Origin: Promethearchaeota archaeon | GTDB taxonomy: Archaea; Asgardarchaeota; Lokiarchaeia; Sigyniarchaeales; SOKP01 | Direction of reading: 5' to 3' | Length of the DNA stretch: 64,000 bases | Assembly (NCBI GenBank): GCA_048940925.1 | Contig: JBHLOC010000006.1 | Location: forward strand, 62,152-126,151 | Shown here: piece after piece, positions 10,203 through 19,827 of the stretch | Layout of the letters: each line of letters starts with the position of its first letter | Numbering within the stretch: position 1 is the first letter of the stretch | Position numbers and translations under genes: made by a program | The notes under the pieces: generated by a model | The model's input: only the letters and a program-made list of their open reading frames with translations | Told to the model about the DNA's origin: nothing | Databases searched by the model: none

Positions 10203-10745
10203 ATGATAAGACGAGTCAAAGAATTAGATTCAAATGCTTTGATAGCATCGAAAGATTTCAGAGACTATGTCGAAAAACAAGAAACCGAAATCAATCGAGG
10301 TATTTCTTCCCTATGTATACTTTCTATACTTATACAAGCAGGTGAGGAGGGTTTGTATGGCTATAAAATTTTGAAAGATTTAACGGAACAAACTAATGAA
10401 ATGTTAGTTATTGAAGAAGGTACACTTTATCCAATATTAAGAAAATTAGAAGATGATGCTATAATAACAGCTAGAAAAGAGGATTCAGGAAGACGGAGAA
10501 AATTTTACAGTGTTACAGAATACGGAAAAAAAATTTTTAATCATCTAGCAGGATTCTATAGCAAATTAACAGAAGCTATTGCACCACTGTTTGATGTTAA
10601 AGTAAATTTAAAGTCAGAAAAATATTTGTTTTGTCCTATGTGTGCTAACAAAATTGAGCTTACTAATTTAGAGCTCCGTTTTTGTGACGTTTGTGGACAT
10701 AATATTGAAAAAGAATTAAAAGAAAGAGGTTTAAGACATGAGTGA
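10203..10745 (+). CDS. PadR-family regulator with C-terminal zinc ribbon
   Basis: YGYKILK...EGTLYPILRKLE...RRKFYSVTEYG; CPMC...CDVC. Confidence 0.9.
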   Translation: MIRRVKELDSNALIASKDFRDYVEKQETEINRGISSLCILSILIQAGEEGLYGYKILKDLTEQTNEMLVIEEGTLYPILRKLEDDAIITARKEDSGRRRKFYSVTEYGKKIFNHLAGFYSKLTEAIAPLFDVKVNLKSEKYLFCPMCANKIELTNLELRFCDVCGHNIEKELKERGLRHE

Positions 10746-11793
10746 AAAAGAAATGAGGAATATAGTAAAAGAATATTTAAAGGAAGTTAAAAACAAACTC
10801 CCTGATTGGTTAAAAGAGAAAAAAGAGCATAAAGATTTATTAGCTGAACTAGAAGAACACATTTGGAATAAGGCAGAAGAGTTATCAGAAACAGATCAAC
10901 CAACAGTCGAATCAGTTCATATAGCAGTTACTCATATGGGAACTCCAGAGAGCATTGCTAAAGAATATAAACGCCGAGGAACACCAAAAGTTTATATCAC
11001 TGAAGAGATGTGGCCAATATATTTGAGGGTTTTAGGAATTGTATTTGCTGTGATCATCGGGATTACCATATTAACACAGGTGATAGACTTCATTTTTGGA
11101 AACCTTAATGTTGGTGAATTGATTATAAATATCATTCAAGGAATACAGATTGGAGGTCTTGGAGCCTTTGTTATAATCACTATAATATTTGTAGTACTTT
11201 CTATGGAAGGTTACTTTCCTGAAGATTTTAAATCTAAAAAAACTCGTGAGAAGGAAAAACAACAACTTGAAATAGCACGAAAAAAAGGTCTTCCAATTTC
11301 AGTAATAAAGGAAAAACCACTAAAGCCATTTATTAAACCTGCAGGTGAGATTATAGGAGGAGCATTCGGGATTACATTTGGAATATTATTTCTTATCCAA
11401 CCAATTCCTGCCATCACAAGCTTGATTGCCCCAGAATTTCTATTATATCTTCAATTTGCGGGAGTATTCATTTTAATTGAAGGAATATTAGATTTATCAC
11501 GAGGATTAATCGGAAATAGACAAATGATTACTCATCAAATAATTCATGTGATAACCATTGCTATAAAACTTGCATCTATATCCGTAGTGATCTTGGTGAT
11601 GAATCGACCAGAGATATTCCCAATAATAATTGTTGAAGAACCAGGGGCCGGGTTAGTAAATATAGGAATCGCACCAGAATATTACAATATTTTTAGAGGA
11701 ATAGCGGGTTTGGTTATTGCATTAGTAGCACTTAGTACAATTGAAGATTTTTATAAGATTTATAAGGCTGAAGGATACAAATCTAAATATTAA
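10738..11793 (+). CDS. HAAS-domain membrane protein (PadR partner)
   Basis: YLKEVK...ELEEHI...MGTPESIAKEY N-terminus followed by about six TMs; overlaps padR by 8 nt. Confidence 0.75.
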   Translation: MSEKEMRNIVKEYLKEVKNKLPDWLKEKKEHKDLLAELEEHIWNKAEELSETDQPTVESVHIAVTHMGTPESIAKEYKRRGTPKVYITEEMWPIYLRVLGIVFAVIIGITILTQVIDFIFGNLNVGELIINIIQGIQIGGLGAFVIITIIFVVLSMEGYFPEDFKSKKTREKEKQQLEIARKKGLPISVIKEKPLKPFIKPAGEIIGGAFGITFGILFLIQPIPAITSLIAPEFLLYLQFAGVFILIEGILDLSRGLIGNRQMITHQIIHVITIAIKLASISVVILVMNRPEIFPIIIVEEPGAGLVNIGIAPEYYNIFRGIAGLVIALVALSTIEDFYKIYKAEGYKSKY

Positions 11794-11797
11794 AATC

Positions 11798-11823
11798 TTT
11801 TTATTTTTCTTTTTTTTTTTTTT
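11798..11823 (+). terminator. Oligo-T archaeal terminator candidate
   Basis: T-rich tract, including T14 at 11810-11823, just after the stop at 11793. Confidence 0.5.
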
Positions 11824-11990
11824 AACTATCTAATCAAGTAATTTACTGAATCCTATATAAATTAAAAATAGTTAAACCTACTATATTTTTGGTATGATAA
11901 TAGCAATAATGAGTCAGTATAATTAATAAAATTAAAAAAAAAATAAGGATTTATCCTATTTCTTGAAAAAATGGACTATAATTAAGTGTA

Positions 11991-14210
11991 TTATATTGGT
12001 CGTGGAAGTATAATATAGGAAGGATAATCAGGCCCTATTAAAATTGTATTATTTGCGAAAGATTTCTTTAAATATTGGTAAGAGTAAATAGTTTGTGGAA
12101 CTCCTGTATTTGGGTTAGCTGCAAAGCGAGGATAGTTAGAACTGGATATAGCTATTCTAATTTTATGTCCTACATTAAATTGATACGCAGTTGACCATAA
12201 ATCTATATCTACTTCTGCATATTCAACACTATTCATAGCAGGAGCGGTTGCATTAAATCCATTTCTTCGCATAGCATTTATTATTCCATCACTAATTAAA
12301 ATTGATCTTCCATCAGGATACACATCTGTAATTTTCACTGTAAAATCTGTATTTGAACAATTAGATTTTACATAAAGATGAGCCCACATATGCCCAACAA
12401 CTTCATAAGGTTGGGTTAGGACAGAACTTTCAAAAATTAAGATATCTGATCTGTTTTCTATTGAAGATTGATCGTAAGGTCCAGCAGGTAAGGCTAAATT
12501 AGTACCTCCTATTGTAGGTACAGGATTTCGAGGATCATATAAATATGAATAATTAGCATTTACAGTAATTAATTTATTATTTCCTAATATTCCATCAGCA
12601 TTTAAATACCAAGTATCGTTCTCATAAGGAATAGGCCAATCCTTTGCAAAACGATAATCATTTGCATTGACAGAAGCATCATCAACATCTCCCATCATAT
12701 AATAAGCAACCCTATTCCCAGTCCAGTCGAATGCCGAACCTAATAATGCATAGTCAAAAAGTTTTCGTTCCCAATTAAGATATAAATCAAAAGCGCTCAC
12801 AGATTTTGTTGGGAAATATAATTCTCCTTGTTTTCCTTCCCCAGGGAATCCATGAGTAAAAGGCCCCATAATTAAAAGCTGTTTTCCTTGAGCTTCTGGG
12901 AGACTAAAATCGTCATATCCTATATATCCATCTAAAGTCCCTTGTTGCATTACATCATACCATCCTCCAATATGTAGAGCAGCACATCCTACTTTTTGAA
13001 AGCTTGGACCAAGATCCATGAATAGTGAGGTTGAATTGTAAACATAATCTTTTTTAGGATGATTAATAATCATTTCAATTTGATGTTCATAGTTATCTGG
13101 TGCAGCATGCTCGATCCAATAATTAACCATGTATTCTTTAAATGCTCCTCCCGGGTAAATTGCTGTTTTATATAGATCAGGAGTCGCGACCATTATCGAT
13201 TGAGCCAATAAACCATCAGGATTCATACCAGCATAAAAATATTGATTAATACCTAAGGCAGATGCTCCTGCAGATGCGATTTTTCCATTACACCAATTTC
13301 GATCGAGTATCCATTTTAAAGTATCTACTCCATCTTTATAAGCATCGGCAAATAGTAAAAAGTTACCTTCGATCGAAGATTCATGAGTTCCTCTTATATC
13401 TTGAACTACAATATGATAATCCTGTGTAGAATACAACATCCTATACAATCCCATACCACTTTTACCATAAGGTGTTCTTATTAAAATAACTGGTCTTGGG
13501 GCACCAAATGAACCTGGTGAGAAATATACGTCAGTAGCTAATTCTACACCATCTCTCATTGTAACCATATATGTTTTTTTTTCAGGGGGAGCATAAGCTG
13601 CTGATATTGAAAGAATTGTAGTGGGTGTAGCAATCATTAAAATTAATATAGTAATTTGTGCGAATTTTGGAATTGTATTAAATCGTCGTTTATTATATTT
13701 TTCAATTAAATTTCCTAGTGAGAGAGACGAATTTTTTAGACCATAATGGAAATATGTTATTAAGCTTATTCCTATTGCTGCAATTGCATAGTAATTTGAC
13801 TCGATAAATAGAAACCAGATGATCCCGATTAAGGGCAAAAGAATATCAATTAATTTTGCAATATATTTTGTGAATTTGAGTCTAGCTTGCTCTCCAAATT
13901 GCTTAAAATAATTGTTAGCCACTAATAAAGAGTAGAATGAGATAAATACAGCAATAGGAAAATAAAGCATCCCAAATATAATAATAGAAGTCTGTTTTGC
14001 ACTGAAATAAATTATTTCGTTTCTAGTGAATAACTTTTTTCCTTCTTCTAATTGTTTATTATAGTCCTTACAGTAATGAAAATAGTAGGAAGTGATATAT
14101 ATTCCACGACAAACTATCAAAAGTATTAAATTAACACAGAAAATTTGTTCAAGGTCAAGATACCCTAAAGTATATAGCTGATAAAAAATCATTATAACCC
14201 AATTAATCAT
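11991..14210 (-). CDS. CocE/NonD (S15) hydrolase with N-terminal multi-TM domain
   Basis: MRDGVELATDVY, RTPYGK, QDIRG, GASALG nucleophile elbow, GGWYD, GPFTH, ISSSNYPRF. Confidence 0.88.
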   Translation of the reverse strand: MINWVIMIFYQLYTLGYLDLEQIFCVNLILLIVCRGIYITSYYFHYCKDYNKQLEEGKKLFTRNEIIYFSAKQTSIIIFGMLYFPIAVFISFYSLLVANNYFKQFGEQARLKFTKYIAKLIDILLPLIGIIWFLFIESNYYAIAAIGISLITYFHYGLKNSSLSLGNLIEKYNKRRFNTIPKFAQITILILMIATPTTILSISAAYAPPEKKTYMVTMRDGVELATDVYFSPGSFGAPRPVILIRTPYGKSGMGLYRMLYSTQDYHIVVQDIRGTHESSIEGNFLLFADAYKDGVDTLKWILDRNWCNGKIASAGASALGINQYFYAGMNPDGLLAQSIMVATPDLYKTAIYPGGAFKEYMVNYWIEHAAPDNYEHQIEMIINHPKKDYVYNSTSLFMDLGPSFQKVGCAALHIGGWYDVMQQGTLDGYIGYDDFSLPEAQGKQLLIMGPFTHGFPGEGKQGELYFPTKSVSAFDLYLNWERKLFDYALLGSAFDWTGNRVAYYMMGDVDDASVNANDYRFAKDWPIPYENDTWYLNADGILGNNKLITVNANYSYLYDPRNPVPTIGGTNLALPAGPYDQSSIENRSDILIFESSVLTQPYEVVGHMWAHLYVKSNCSNTDFTVKITDVYPDGRSILISDGIINAMRRNGFNATAPAMNSVEYAEVDIDLWSTAYQFNVGHKIRIAISSSNYPRFAANPNTGVPQTIYSYQYLKKSFANNTILIGPDYPSYIILPRPI

Positions 14211-14281
14211 AAAATTATATTGAGAATAACTTATTTATAAAAGTATCTGTTCTTTTTAAAGAACTAATTTGTATATTTTCA

Positions 14282-15709
14282 ATGAGAAATAATTCGAAAA
14301 AAATTAGAGAAAATAATTATCGGAGATCGTATGGTATTCATTTAACTTCAAAAGATATTTTCTTAAAATTTATTTTTACAGATATTGAAGATAAATTATG
14401 GGATTTTAAATGGGTTGATTTATATGCTGGTGAAGGAAATTTAATTTTCCCTATTTTAAATTCTATTTCACCAGAAAAACGAATTCAATTTTTTGAAGAT
14501 CATATTTATCTATCTGATATTCAACCAGAGATGATAGGGAAGAGTATTGAGAATGCTGAAAAATATGGTATTCCCTCTAAAATAGCTAGAATGAACATTC
14601 AATTGAGAAACAACTTAGAGAAATTTCCAGAGTTTTTGAAATGCACTCAATTCCCCTTGTTCCATATAACAAATCCACCGTATCTCTATTTAGGATATAT
14701 TAGAAAGCATAGAGAAACTCAGAAATATTTAGAGTTTTTTAAAGGTAAAAATAAAGGGTATCAAGATTTATATCAAATTGCCATGATAAATGATTTAAGA
14801 AATGGAGTAGAAAATTTAATTTATATTGTTCCATCAAACTTCTTATATGGTGCTTCTGTTTCAAATAAATTCCGTAAAGATTTTCTCGAATATTATAATA
14901 TTACTAAAATGATTATATTTGAAACAAAGTTATTTGAATTCACGGGAACAAACATTTGTATAGGTTTTTTTAAAAGAAAGAATGTGTCTAAAGCTGAAAA
15001 TATAAAATTTGAAGGAATCAAAATAAAAAAAGATAATAAAAAACTTGAAAAAAGTTATATCCTTAAACCAGATTATAATTATCGCGCTGGTTATGAATTT
15101 AATGAATTCATTAAAAAATATCTTGTTCAGAATCACTTGAAAATAAATTTTTACTTATTAAAAAAAGTAGTTTTAAATAATCAAGGGAGATTTAAGATTA
15201 GAGTTATTGATGCAAATATTTACCAAAATAATGAATATCAGAAACTAAGCCTTTACATTAATAAACAAATTAAGGAAAAAATTGAATCTAATATTTTATA
15301 TGTTCGAACTGTTGATACAGGTACTTATAATGGTAGGGTTGGTTTAGGAATTATTTCTGAGGATTTTGGTGTGGAAGGCATATATGTATCAGCGAATACA
15401 TATCGAACTCATCCAATTCAATTATTTATTGAACCAACTATTAGTAAAGATGATCAAAGATTATTGAAATACTATTTTAATTCTGTTTTAGAAATATTTA
15501 GAAAAAAATTAGATAGTGAATTTCTCACAACTTATAAATATTCTGATGCTGAATATACAAGAAAATATTTGGGATTAACGCAAGTAAGATCTTTAATAGA
15601 AACATTTCCTATTCTCGAAATGAATTCAGGTGATAGAGTTACCTTAAATAATTTAATAAATTATAAGGATTTTGAGGGTATAGTCTTATTTCTAAAACAA
15701 TTCAAATAA
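14282..15709 (+). CDS. N6-adenine DNA methyltransferase (gamma-class-like), orphan
   Basis: YGIHLT (motif X), DLYAGEGN (motif I), NPPY (motif IV), DLYQ. Confidence 0.8.
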   Translation: MRNNSKKIRENNYRRSYGIHLTSKDIFLKFIFTDIEDKLWDFKWVDLYAGEGNLIFPILNSISPEKRIQFFEDHIYLSDIQPEMIGKSIENAEKYGIPSKIARMNIQLRNNLEKFPEFLKCTQFPLFHITNPPYLYLGYIRKHRETQKYLEFFKGKNKGYQDLYQIAMINDLRNGVENLIYIVPSNFLYGASVSNKFRKDFLEYYNITKMIIFETKLFEFTGTNICIGFFKRKNVSKAENIKFEGIKIKKDNKKLEKSYILKPDYNYRAGYEFNEFIKKYLVQNHLKINFYLLKKVVLNNQGRFKIRVIDANIYQNNEYQKLSLYINKQIKEKIESNILYVRTVDTGTYNGRVGLGIISEDFGVEGIYVSANTYRTHPIQLFIEPTISKDDQRLLKYYFNSVLEIFRKKLDSEFLTTYKYSDAEYTRKYLGLTQVRSLIETFPILEMNSGDRVTLNNLINYKDFEGIVLFLKQFK

Positions 15710-15733
15710 ATTTAAATTACATTATTTTTAAAT

Positions 15734-16606
15734 TTAGATACTTGCTAAAATAATAGCAATAAGCCCTAAAAACATTCCGATTTTTAATAATAAACTTATT
15801 CTTGAGAAATCTTTTTTATCCATATTCTTTTTAGGCATTAATATAGCTGCATAAAACACCACTGCTATACCAAAAATCATTGCAATTGAAAAGGCTAAGC
15901 GATTTATTAAGTCCGTGAATGCAGCAAGTATGAAGAATAATATAGATAGAAATGCGCTAATCATAGAAAAATAAGGTGCTTTTTTTATCCCTATTTTAAT
16001 AGCTAAAGTATTTACTCCTGATTCTTTATCACCCTCGATATCTTCACATCCCTTTATAATCTCACGAGATAATAAACCAAAAATACTATTTAAAAAAAAG
16101 AAATAAATATAAATTGGAATAATTAAGCTATTCAAAATTGCTCCATATATAAAACCTATAGAAAAAGATACACTAACTATAATATTCCCTAAAAAGCCAC
16201 TTCTTTTACCCCATTTTGCATATATCCAACCCATAAAACCAAAAAATGTAGCTATAATTACATTTAAAAACAGCAAGTTGCTAATAATGCTATGAATAAT
16301 AGAAAGTAATATCCCTATAGTAATACTTCCAGCATACAGATATTTTGCTTCTGAGAGAGTTATGGCTCCTCTGGGAATGGGTCTTTCTGGCCTATTAATT
16401 TTATCAATCTCAACATCATAAATATCATTTATTACCATTCCTGAACCAGCAATAAAAAAATAAGTCATTACACCAAGAATTATGTTAATGATGATTGTTC
16501 CAAAACTAATATTTGATCTCGTAACTAAAATTCCAATTATAACAGTGAGACTGCCCATTAAATCATTGATTGGTCGAAGAATTTCGACAGCTTCTTTAAA
16601 TTTCAT
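15734..16606 (-). CDS. Digeranylgeranylglyceryl phosphate synthase (UbiA family)
   Basis: NDIYDVEIDKINRPERPIPRG, REIIKGCEDIEGD; adjacent to GGGPS. Confidence 0.9.
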   Translation of the reverse strand: MKFKEAVEILRPINDLMGSLTVIIGILVTRSNISFGTIIINIILGVMTYFFIAGSGMVINDIYDVEIDKINRPERPIPRGAITLSEAKYLYAGSITIGILLSIIHSIISNLLFLNVIIATFFGFMGWIYAKWGKRSGFLGNIIVSVSFSIGFIYGAILNSLIIPIYIYFFFLNSIFGLLSREIIKGCEDIEGDKESGVNTLAIKIGIKKAPYFSMISAFLSILFFILAAFTDLINRLAFSIAMIFGIAVVFYAAILMPKKNMDKKDFSRISLLLKIGMFLGLIAIILASI

Positions 16607-16629
16607 GCGAATTAAAAATAATAATAGTT

Positions 16630-17460
16630 TTATTTTTTTTTAACATAATTTTTTTTTTGCATTTTCCCTGTATTTTTGATTTCATCAATAATAAGTTTTA
16701 AGGAGTTTCCATTATCTCTTAAAACATTATTTTCAAGATAGGTTCCCATAACGATTATATCTGCTCCTGCTTCTACAAACAAACTAGCATCATCTTTGTT
16801 TTCTACACCACCTCCAACAATTATAGGAATATTTAGAATTTGTGAACTTGTTTTTATATGCTCTATCGGAATTTTTTCACTTCCAGAACCTGCTTCTAAA
16901 TAAACGATTTTAAATCCAATCATATCTGCTGCAAGAGCATATGCTGCTGTTAGTTTAGGTTTATTTCTCGGTAGCAATCTTGCATCTCCAATCCATCCTG
17001 CAGTAGCACCTGGTTCTATTATTAAATAACCCATTGATATATATTCCAGATTAGCAGCTTTTACTGTATATGACGCAAGGGCTTGTTGACCAATAATAAA
17101 ATAAGGATCAGATGAGTTTAATAAAGACATGAAAAAAATAGCATCAGCATGCTTAGAAATATTACTAATACCACCAGGAAATATAATGATCGGAACTTCT
17201 ACCTTTTCCTTTATCGCTAAGATTGTTTTATCAACAAATCCTTGATCAAAGACTGTACTCCCACCAATTAATATCGCATCAGTACCAGCTTCTTCTGCGT
17301 ATTTTGCTATTTTCGCTGCTTTAATTGGTCCCTGTCTTAAGGGATCTGGATCTATTAAAGAAAAATGCAAAGCTCCTTCATTATTAATCTTGTTAATTAT
17401 ATATTCATATGTACGCTGCTCAATATACTCATCAATTATTATATCGACCATACATACCAC
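16630..17460 (-). CDS. Geranylgeranylglyceryl phosphate synthase
   Basis: SLIDPD, IGGST, FMSLLNS, YLEAGSG, VGGG. Confidence 0.93.
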   Translation of the reverse strand: MVCMVDIIIDEYIEQRTYEYIINKINNEGALHFSLIDPDPLRQGPIKAAKIAKYAEEAGTDAILIGGSTVFDQGFVDKTILAIKEKVEVPIIIFPGGISNISKHADAIFFMSLLNSSDPYFIIGQQALASYTVKAANLEYISMGYLIIEPGATAGWIGDARLLPRNKPKLTAAYALAADMIGFKIVYLEAGSGSEKIPIEHIKTSSQILNIPIIVGGGVENKDDASLFVEAGADIIVMGTYLENNVLRDNGNSLKLIIDEIKNTGKMQKKNYVKKK

Positions 17461-17474
17461 ACCTATATAAAATT

Positions 17475-18866
17475 TTATTTCTTTTTAGTATTCAAAATCA
17501 ACTTTTTAATTTTCTCATAAATTGAAATTACCTTATTTTTCCATTCTGGAAAATCATCGACTTTAATAGGAAATTTCTTATAGAGAGTAGAAATTTCTTT
17601 CATTCTAAGTCTAAGATAATTTAAATCTAATAATAAATTGGGGCGAGAAATACCCTTAAATGCTTTAACTGCCATATTTATGAAAGAGAGGTTCAACCCT
17701 CCAGTTGATGAAATTTGTAAAATTTCATCTCCAGTCAACAAATCACGTTCTAAACCAAAGTTTAAATCATCATTTGAAAGAGTCTGAAGTACAATTCTTA
17801 ACAAATCTAAAGCAGCAAATTCAGAACCAAAACTTGTCATTATGTTATAATTATAATTCCATAATTCGCGAATTGAATAATCATTACTCTCTATAGCGTT
17901 TATCGCAGAATTTGCTGCGTGAAATCCAGCTCTCATAGAAGGATCAATCCCCCCACCATGAAGCGGATTAACTTGGCAACCAGCATCCCCTATAAATAAG
18001 ATCCTATTATCTACACATGACCATAAAGGTCTTCTTACAGGAACTACCCCTCCTCCTGAAGATATAATTTTATAATCTGAAGATTTTATAAATTCATGAA
18101 ATACATTATTTTGATATAATTTTTTTATTTTATCCCCATAATCCATGAAAGTTCCTATTCCAATATTTACAGAAGATTCATTCTTAGGAAAATACCAGAT
18201 ATAACCACCTGGCGCTTTTTCTTGATCCAGAATAATTGAGATAAATTCAGGATCTTGGACTTCTTGTTGACTTGTAGTAAATTTTACTATTTCTCTATAA
18301 CAGATTATACTATCTTCTTTTAATATTTCTTTTTCAACTAAACTACTTCTTATTTTCCTCCTTAATGGAGTATAAAAACCACTCCCATCAATTAAAATAT
18401 TAGCTTTAAGCTCAGTTCGTTCTCCGTTTGGTAATTTTACCTTTAAACCATTTATTTCTCCATTTTTATATAATAGGTCTAATGCCATAGTATTATCTAA
18501 AAATTGCTCCACACCAGCATCCAGAGTTTCATTCAATAATCTCTGACCAAATTCTAATCTGTTTATAATATATCCTGCTTGTTTTGGATCCTTCAAGGTA
18601 ATACATTTTTTAAGATTTGGTGAATAAAGCTTTGCTCCTTTTATATGGCATGATAGTTCTTCATCTTTTGGATGGTTAATATTTAAAAAATCAAAAATTT
18701 CATTTCCCACAGCATCACCGCATATTTTATCCCCAATGTGATCTCTCTGCTTCCTATCAATCAAACATACCTTTAAGCCATTTTTGGAAGCAAATCTAGC
18801 CGCAGTTGTACCTGCAGTACCAGCACCAACAACAATTACATCAAAAGAATTTTGGATCTTTTCCAT
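17475..18866 (-). CDS. Geranylgeranyl reductase family flavoprotein
   Basis: VVGAGTAG, KICGDA, PGGYIWYFP, GDAGCQVNPLHGGGI. Confidence 0.9.
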   Translation of the reverse strand: MEKIQNSFDVIVVGAGTAGTTAARFASKNGLKVCLIDRKQRDHIGDKICGDAVGNEIFDFLNINHPKDEELSCHIKGAKLYSPNLKKCITLKDPKQAGYIINRLEFGQRLLNETLDAGVEQFLDNTMALDLLYKNGEINGLKVKLPNGERTELKANILIDGSGFYTPLRRKIRSSLVEKEILKEDSIICYREIVKFTTSQQEVQDPEFISIILDQEKAPGGYIWYFPKNESSVNIGIGTFMDYGDKIKKLYQNNVFHEFIKSSDYKIISSGGGVVPVRRPLWSCVDNRILFIGDAGCQVNPLHGGGIDPSMRAGFHAANSAINAIESNDYSIRELWNYNYNIMTSFGSEFAALDLLRIVLQTLSNDDLNFGLERDLLTGDEILQISSTGGLNLSFINMAVKAFKGISRPNLLLDLNYLRLRMKEISTLYKKFPIKVDDFPEWKNKVISIYEKIKKLILNTKKK

Positions 18867-18931
18867 GACAGAGAGTATAAATTACTTATATTTTATATTT
18901 ATTGTTTATATCAAATAAAAAAATGATAAAC

Positions 18932-19681
18932 CTATAGTAAAGTTAACAGATATATAATTAATGTACTACCTATGGGAACTGTTAAATCATCGTAAGTACT
19001 AGGAGAAATTAATTCAATTATAGTTGCAATTACGCTTGTTATCAAAGAATAAATTAGAATAGTAGAAAAAGAGAGTGGGTCTTGAAAAGTTGGAATTAGG
19101 AAACCAAATAAGAAAAACGAAAGAAAGCATAATAAACATGCACTTACGAAAAATGTTGACGATCCCTCAAGTGTTCTTTTTGAATTTGTCCAAGGTAGAC
19201 TTAAACCTATTTTTCCCCAACGTTTTCCAATCACTGATGCTAAAGTATCAGCAACTATCATTATCAGTATACCAGCTATTGGAAAATAAAATTGATCGTG
19301 AGCAAATATTGCAAAAATAGATACTAATAATGTAATGGAAAGACAGTAGAAAAAGGGACCTTGAAGAAAAGCCCTCTTTAATCCCTCTTCCTGTTCTTCA
19401 GAGATAACATCATACAAATCTTTCAATTGTTTTATTTTAGATTCTTTTGAACTGAAGTATACCAACAATGTTAGAGAAGCTGCTATAATTGTGGGCCAAA
19501 ATGGCCAGTAATAAAATGGTGAGCTAAGTATTGCTAATCCTGCAGACATATGTACAGTTTTTCTCGCAGCAAACTTAGAAATCTTTTGTTTTTTATATAA
19601 TCTAAAAGGGATAAAAATGGTGAAAATAATGTATAAGTAAGTAATACCTACAATTCCAAGGTCAAAAAGAAATCCATTCAT
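18932..19681 (-). CDS. CTP-dependent polyprenol/phytol/diacylglycerol kinase family membrane protein
   Basis: RKTVH, GPFFY, ADTLASVIGKRWG, KRTLEGS, DDLTVP; ATG 19681 preferred over 19819. Confidence 0.8.
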   Translation of the reverse strand: MNGFLFDLGIVGITYLYIIFTIFIPFRLYKKQKISKFAARKTVHMSAGLAILSSPFYYWPFWPTIIAASLTLLVYFSSKESKIKQLKDLYDVISEEQEEGLKRAFLQGPFFYCLSITLLVSIFAIFAHDQFYFPIAGILIMIVADTLASVIGKRWGKIGLSLPWTNSKRTLEGSSTFFVSACLLCFLSFFLFGFLIPTFQDPLSFSTILIYSLITSVIATIIELISPSTYDDLTVPIGSTLIIYLLTLL

Positions 19682-19827
19682 TTTTGCATTAGTTCTATTA
19701 ATAATTAAGCCAATAAAGTATTCTTGCTTTAAAGACTTTATTAACAAACAAGACTTTCCGAATCTTCCGAATATTTTTAGTAAGAAAACGAAAAATTTGT
19801 GAAGAATACTAGATAGCAATACTATTT

